A DNA stretch of 64,000 nucleotides from Phyllobates terribilis (taxonomy: Eukaryota): NCBI RefSeq assembly GCF_046119375.1, contig NW_027362763.1:541074001-541138000 (forward strand). Reading direction: 5' to 3'. Every line of letters begins with the position of its first letter. The stretch's first letter is position 1. Below are positions 61,186 to 64,000 of this stretch, in pieces. Both the position numbers and the translations under genes were made by a program. Below the pieces are notes generated by a model that had not been told where the DNA came from, did no database searches, and worked only from the letters and a program-made list of their open reading frames with translations.

Positions 61186-63011
61186 TCTGTATGGAGTTGT
61201 TCAATAAAGGGCCCAAAATTAAGATAACATAGATGGGAGAGGTCTCTATGAATAGGAATTCCTAAGTATTTGATACCCTGTGAGGGCCAGGCAAAGGGAA
61301 AGTTGGACTGGATGGAATCCTGTATGGATTTGGGGAGGGAGACATCGAGGGCCTCAGACTTCGCTGCATTGATTTTAAAATTTGACCATGTAACAAAGGG
61401 ATCTATTTCAGCCATAACAGCATGGATGGATATATGTGATTGAGTGATATATACTAGGACATCATCAGCAAATAGAGAGCAATTGTACTCGGTGCCTCCC
61501 ACCTCAATCCACCTAATATTGGGGTTATGGCGAATTGATGAGAGCAGGTGCTCCGTCACTAGGATGTATAAGAGAGGGGACAGAGAACATCCCTGCCTTG
61601 TCCCATTGGTGATTGTGAAAGGTGATGAAAATGTTCTGACGTGCCCCCTGGGCCTTGGGACACCCGGAGCCGGACCCTTTTTGGTGGATGCTGGTGGTTG
61701 TAGTCTTCGTGGCGGCAACCTGGTTCCGTGGCTCAGGGCGGTCAAACCAGTGGCGGAACTATTTATGTGGTTTTGATGTTTAAATGTCTGACTACGCCAC
61801 CCGTGGATTGCGGTCAGAGTGAACCGCCGCTCCAGGGCAGACCGCTGAGGCTGGTGTTGTGGGTGCAGCAGAGCGTAGCATAACTCCCCACGGGAGGAGT
61901 ATAGCCTCAGGGCAGTGTATGCGGAGGATGGGGGTGATGGTGCAGGGCAGCAGCAGTAACGACACGGAGTCAGTGATGCAGTCCAGGGCCTTTACTCACA
62001 GTTCTTATTATCCAGACCACGTCTGCAGGTAACGGCTGCCCACGTCGTACTGTGCTCACCAGGTGAGTGGCTCAGACAACTCCCAGATAACTTTGGAGCG
62101 CTTCACAGGACCCCCTTTGTGTGTCCTTTGTCTGGCCTTTCTTACCAACCCTTCTGTCCGGCTGCCTCGGGCCTCCTCTTGGTAAACTTGGCGCCAGTTT
62201 CCCTGACCCTATGTGGTGCCTTCCTAGCGGGTGTAGCGAGGGGCTGCGCCACATAAAATGTCACAGCCTCCGGTTTCTAGCTGAGGGTCGTTTCCTGCCT
62301 CCACTAGTTTCGGGGACCGGTCTCCCCCTTTGGCCTGACCCCTCCACGCAGGTGGATTCGGGCGTGCGGTGGCGACTCGCCCGTCCGCACCCCTGGGATC
62401 CCTTCATTCCTCGTTCCTGGAGCCTTCTCCGCTCCTCTTCCTTCCTTCTCCCTCTTCCAGGCCTGGGCCTCTGTTACTAGGCCCGCCTCCGGAGCAGAGC
62501 TCATGCAGAGCCCCTGCTCCCTGCCACTTCTGCTCAGACTTCTCTGCACTGAACTTAGATGGTGCCCACGTTTTATACTCCCTTCTCAATGCACCCAGGA
62601 ACTGCTTCCTCCCTGCTCCTGCACTACAGGGTTCCCCTTCCTCAGTGTTCCCTCCCCCCACTCCAGCCAGGGACAGGGACTGTCGTGCCCATCTCAGGGG
62701 CATATTGGTCGCCCTGCCCCACGGCAATGTGGTGTAATGCATGCAGGTGTCGGGTCCTGATCCACACTCCATTCTTACCTGAGAGTGAGATATCACACCT
62801 CTGGGTGAGGTGCAATACCTCTGTAGCAACCGAGCCCTCAGGGTAATACAGTTCCATTTATCTTCAGCCTAGGTGAAGTATTGCGATACAGGGCCGTGAT
62901 TTTGGCTATAAAAGGGTCCCCTAGACCCCTACCCCAAGCTTTTTAAGAGAATCATATATGGCGTGCCAGGAGACTCTATGGAATGCTTTATCAGCATCCA
63001 ACGAGAGTATC
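61186..63011 (-). pseudogene. L1 RT fragment split by a solo LTR (copy A)
   Basis: ORF 61146-61745 contains GTRQGC.LSPLLY, LFADD, KYLGI. Confidence 0.88.
61637..62850. mobile_element. Solo LTR (1214 bp), copy A
   Basis: TG...CA ends; perfect 4-bp TSD GTTC at 61633-36 and 62851-54. Confidence 0.82.
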
Positions 63012-63121
63012 TAATTACAAATTTTAAACTGCATCTAGCCCAGGAAATACTTTGTGCCTAGTAGCAGTGTCTGCTAGTCAGCGGATTATCCCGGCTGTTA
63101 AGCAAGCTACACCACCTGTAG

Positions 63122-63386
63122 TTTTGACACTTAATTTTTTCAAAGGAAATAATTCGGGACCACGGGATACTCACTGAAGAGCATCAGGAGGCACCCCAAG
63201 GCATAGGGGCTGGGACTGGCAGTAGGATGCCTTGCGGTGGACAGCCGAGCTCGATCCTTATAAAAGCTTTTTAACTGCAGCAGCTTTAGTGGACGCTACT
63301 GGAGCTGGAATTACGCGGCTGCTGGCATGAGACTTGCCCTCCAATAGATCCTTGTAAATGGATTTAAAGTGTATTCATTCAAATTA
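63122..63386 (-). rRNA. Diverged internal 18S rRNA fragment (non-functional) carried in hAT A
   Basis: Copy of 57711-57976 with the same SSU signature motifs. Confidence 0.88.
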
Positions 63387-64000
63387 GAGAGACAATTTAA
63401 ATTAAAAAGTTTAGAGCTGCCTCCACCACAGGGGGGCTCGCTCGACCCACCAGCGGACAGGCACCAGTATTGGGAGAGGGGGGTTGGCCGTCAGGGTTCA
63501 CCACGGCTCTGGCACAAACCCGGCGACGCGGAGGTGGCACGGCCAGGAGCGGACTGAACGTGTCGGCTTCTCACTTTTTGGATTTTAGAAGGGCATGACA
63601 TGCCTATATCTGTGTCTCCCCCTCCTTTTACTCCTCCACCTCTTTTCTTTTCGCATGACTATATGTACTTGTCACTTTTACATGTGTTAGTTGTGTCTTC
63701 AGAGCAGTTTGTCAGCTTTTGGATACCTTTTGAAGGTGTTTTCTATGTGTTTCTATGTGTTTTTGTTTGCCTGCCATTGGTTTTAACGGTGTTCAAAGGT
63801 GTTCGACGAACAGTTCGACGAACAGTTCGGCGAACACATGGGTGTTCGATGAACCGAACCGAACTCGAACACTACGGGGGTGGCTCAACACTACTCTTGA
63901 GCAGGGGAGAAAGGTGAGCCCTTAGAATTAAATCCTCTGGTGGGCCCAATGTTTTTCAGTTTGAAACTGCTTCTCAGTGGGAGTTGGATTTCGTCACAGC

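Larger units (their letters stand above)
36315..63893 (+). mobile_element. Giant hAT transposon A (about 12.0 kb net; 27.6 kb with nested insertions)
   Basis: TIRs TAGAGATGAGC / GCTCAACACTA; 8-bp TSD CTCTTGAG at 36307-36314 and 63894-63901; GTTCG/CGAAC subterminal arrays at both ends. Confidence 0.95.

Noticed and set aside
47904-63893. A/B similarity as a segmental duplication or assembly artefact
   Set aside because: B is bounded by its own TIRs and a distinct 8-bp TSD inside A's ORF, the copies carry different lesions, and B lacks G3. Read confirmation is still desirable.

Overview
Eukaryotic genomic DNA with no recognisable host protein-coding gene. The TE repertoire looks like an anuran amphibian (inference). 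The window is a dense nest of transposable elements. 1-9.5 kb: an intact, young chromovirus (Ty3/Gypsy; 178-5598, minus strand, TSD CATGT) sits inside the gag of an older decayed chromovirus. 9.5-24 kb: AT-rich DNA with MITEs, a ~420-bp foldback, a Penelope-like remnant, a Tc2-like element carrying a 30-bp minisatellite, a Tc1 element and a piggyBac-like remnant. 24-64 kb: stacked hAT DNA transposons. An outer decayed hAT (left end 24001) has a piece of its transposase amplified into a 370-bp satellite. It hosts a 7.8-kb hAT (27225-35027, TSD GCCGCTAC) and a giant hAT (36315-63893, TSD CTCTTGAG). The giant hAT in turn contains a young chromovirus with identical LTRs (37048-42023, TSD GTGCC) and a complete 10.6-kb copy of itself inserted into its own transposase (47904-58481, TSD ACCTTGAT). 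Both giant-hAT copies carry the same cargo: a Tc1 element, an L1 RT fragment split by a solo LTR, and an 18S rRNA fragment. All calls were made by eye from the sequence and ORF track; no database searches were run.
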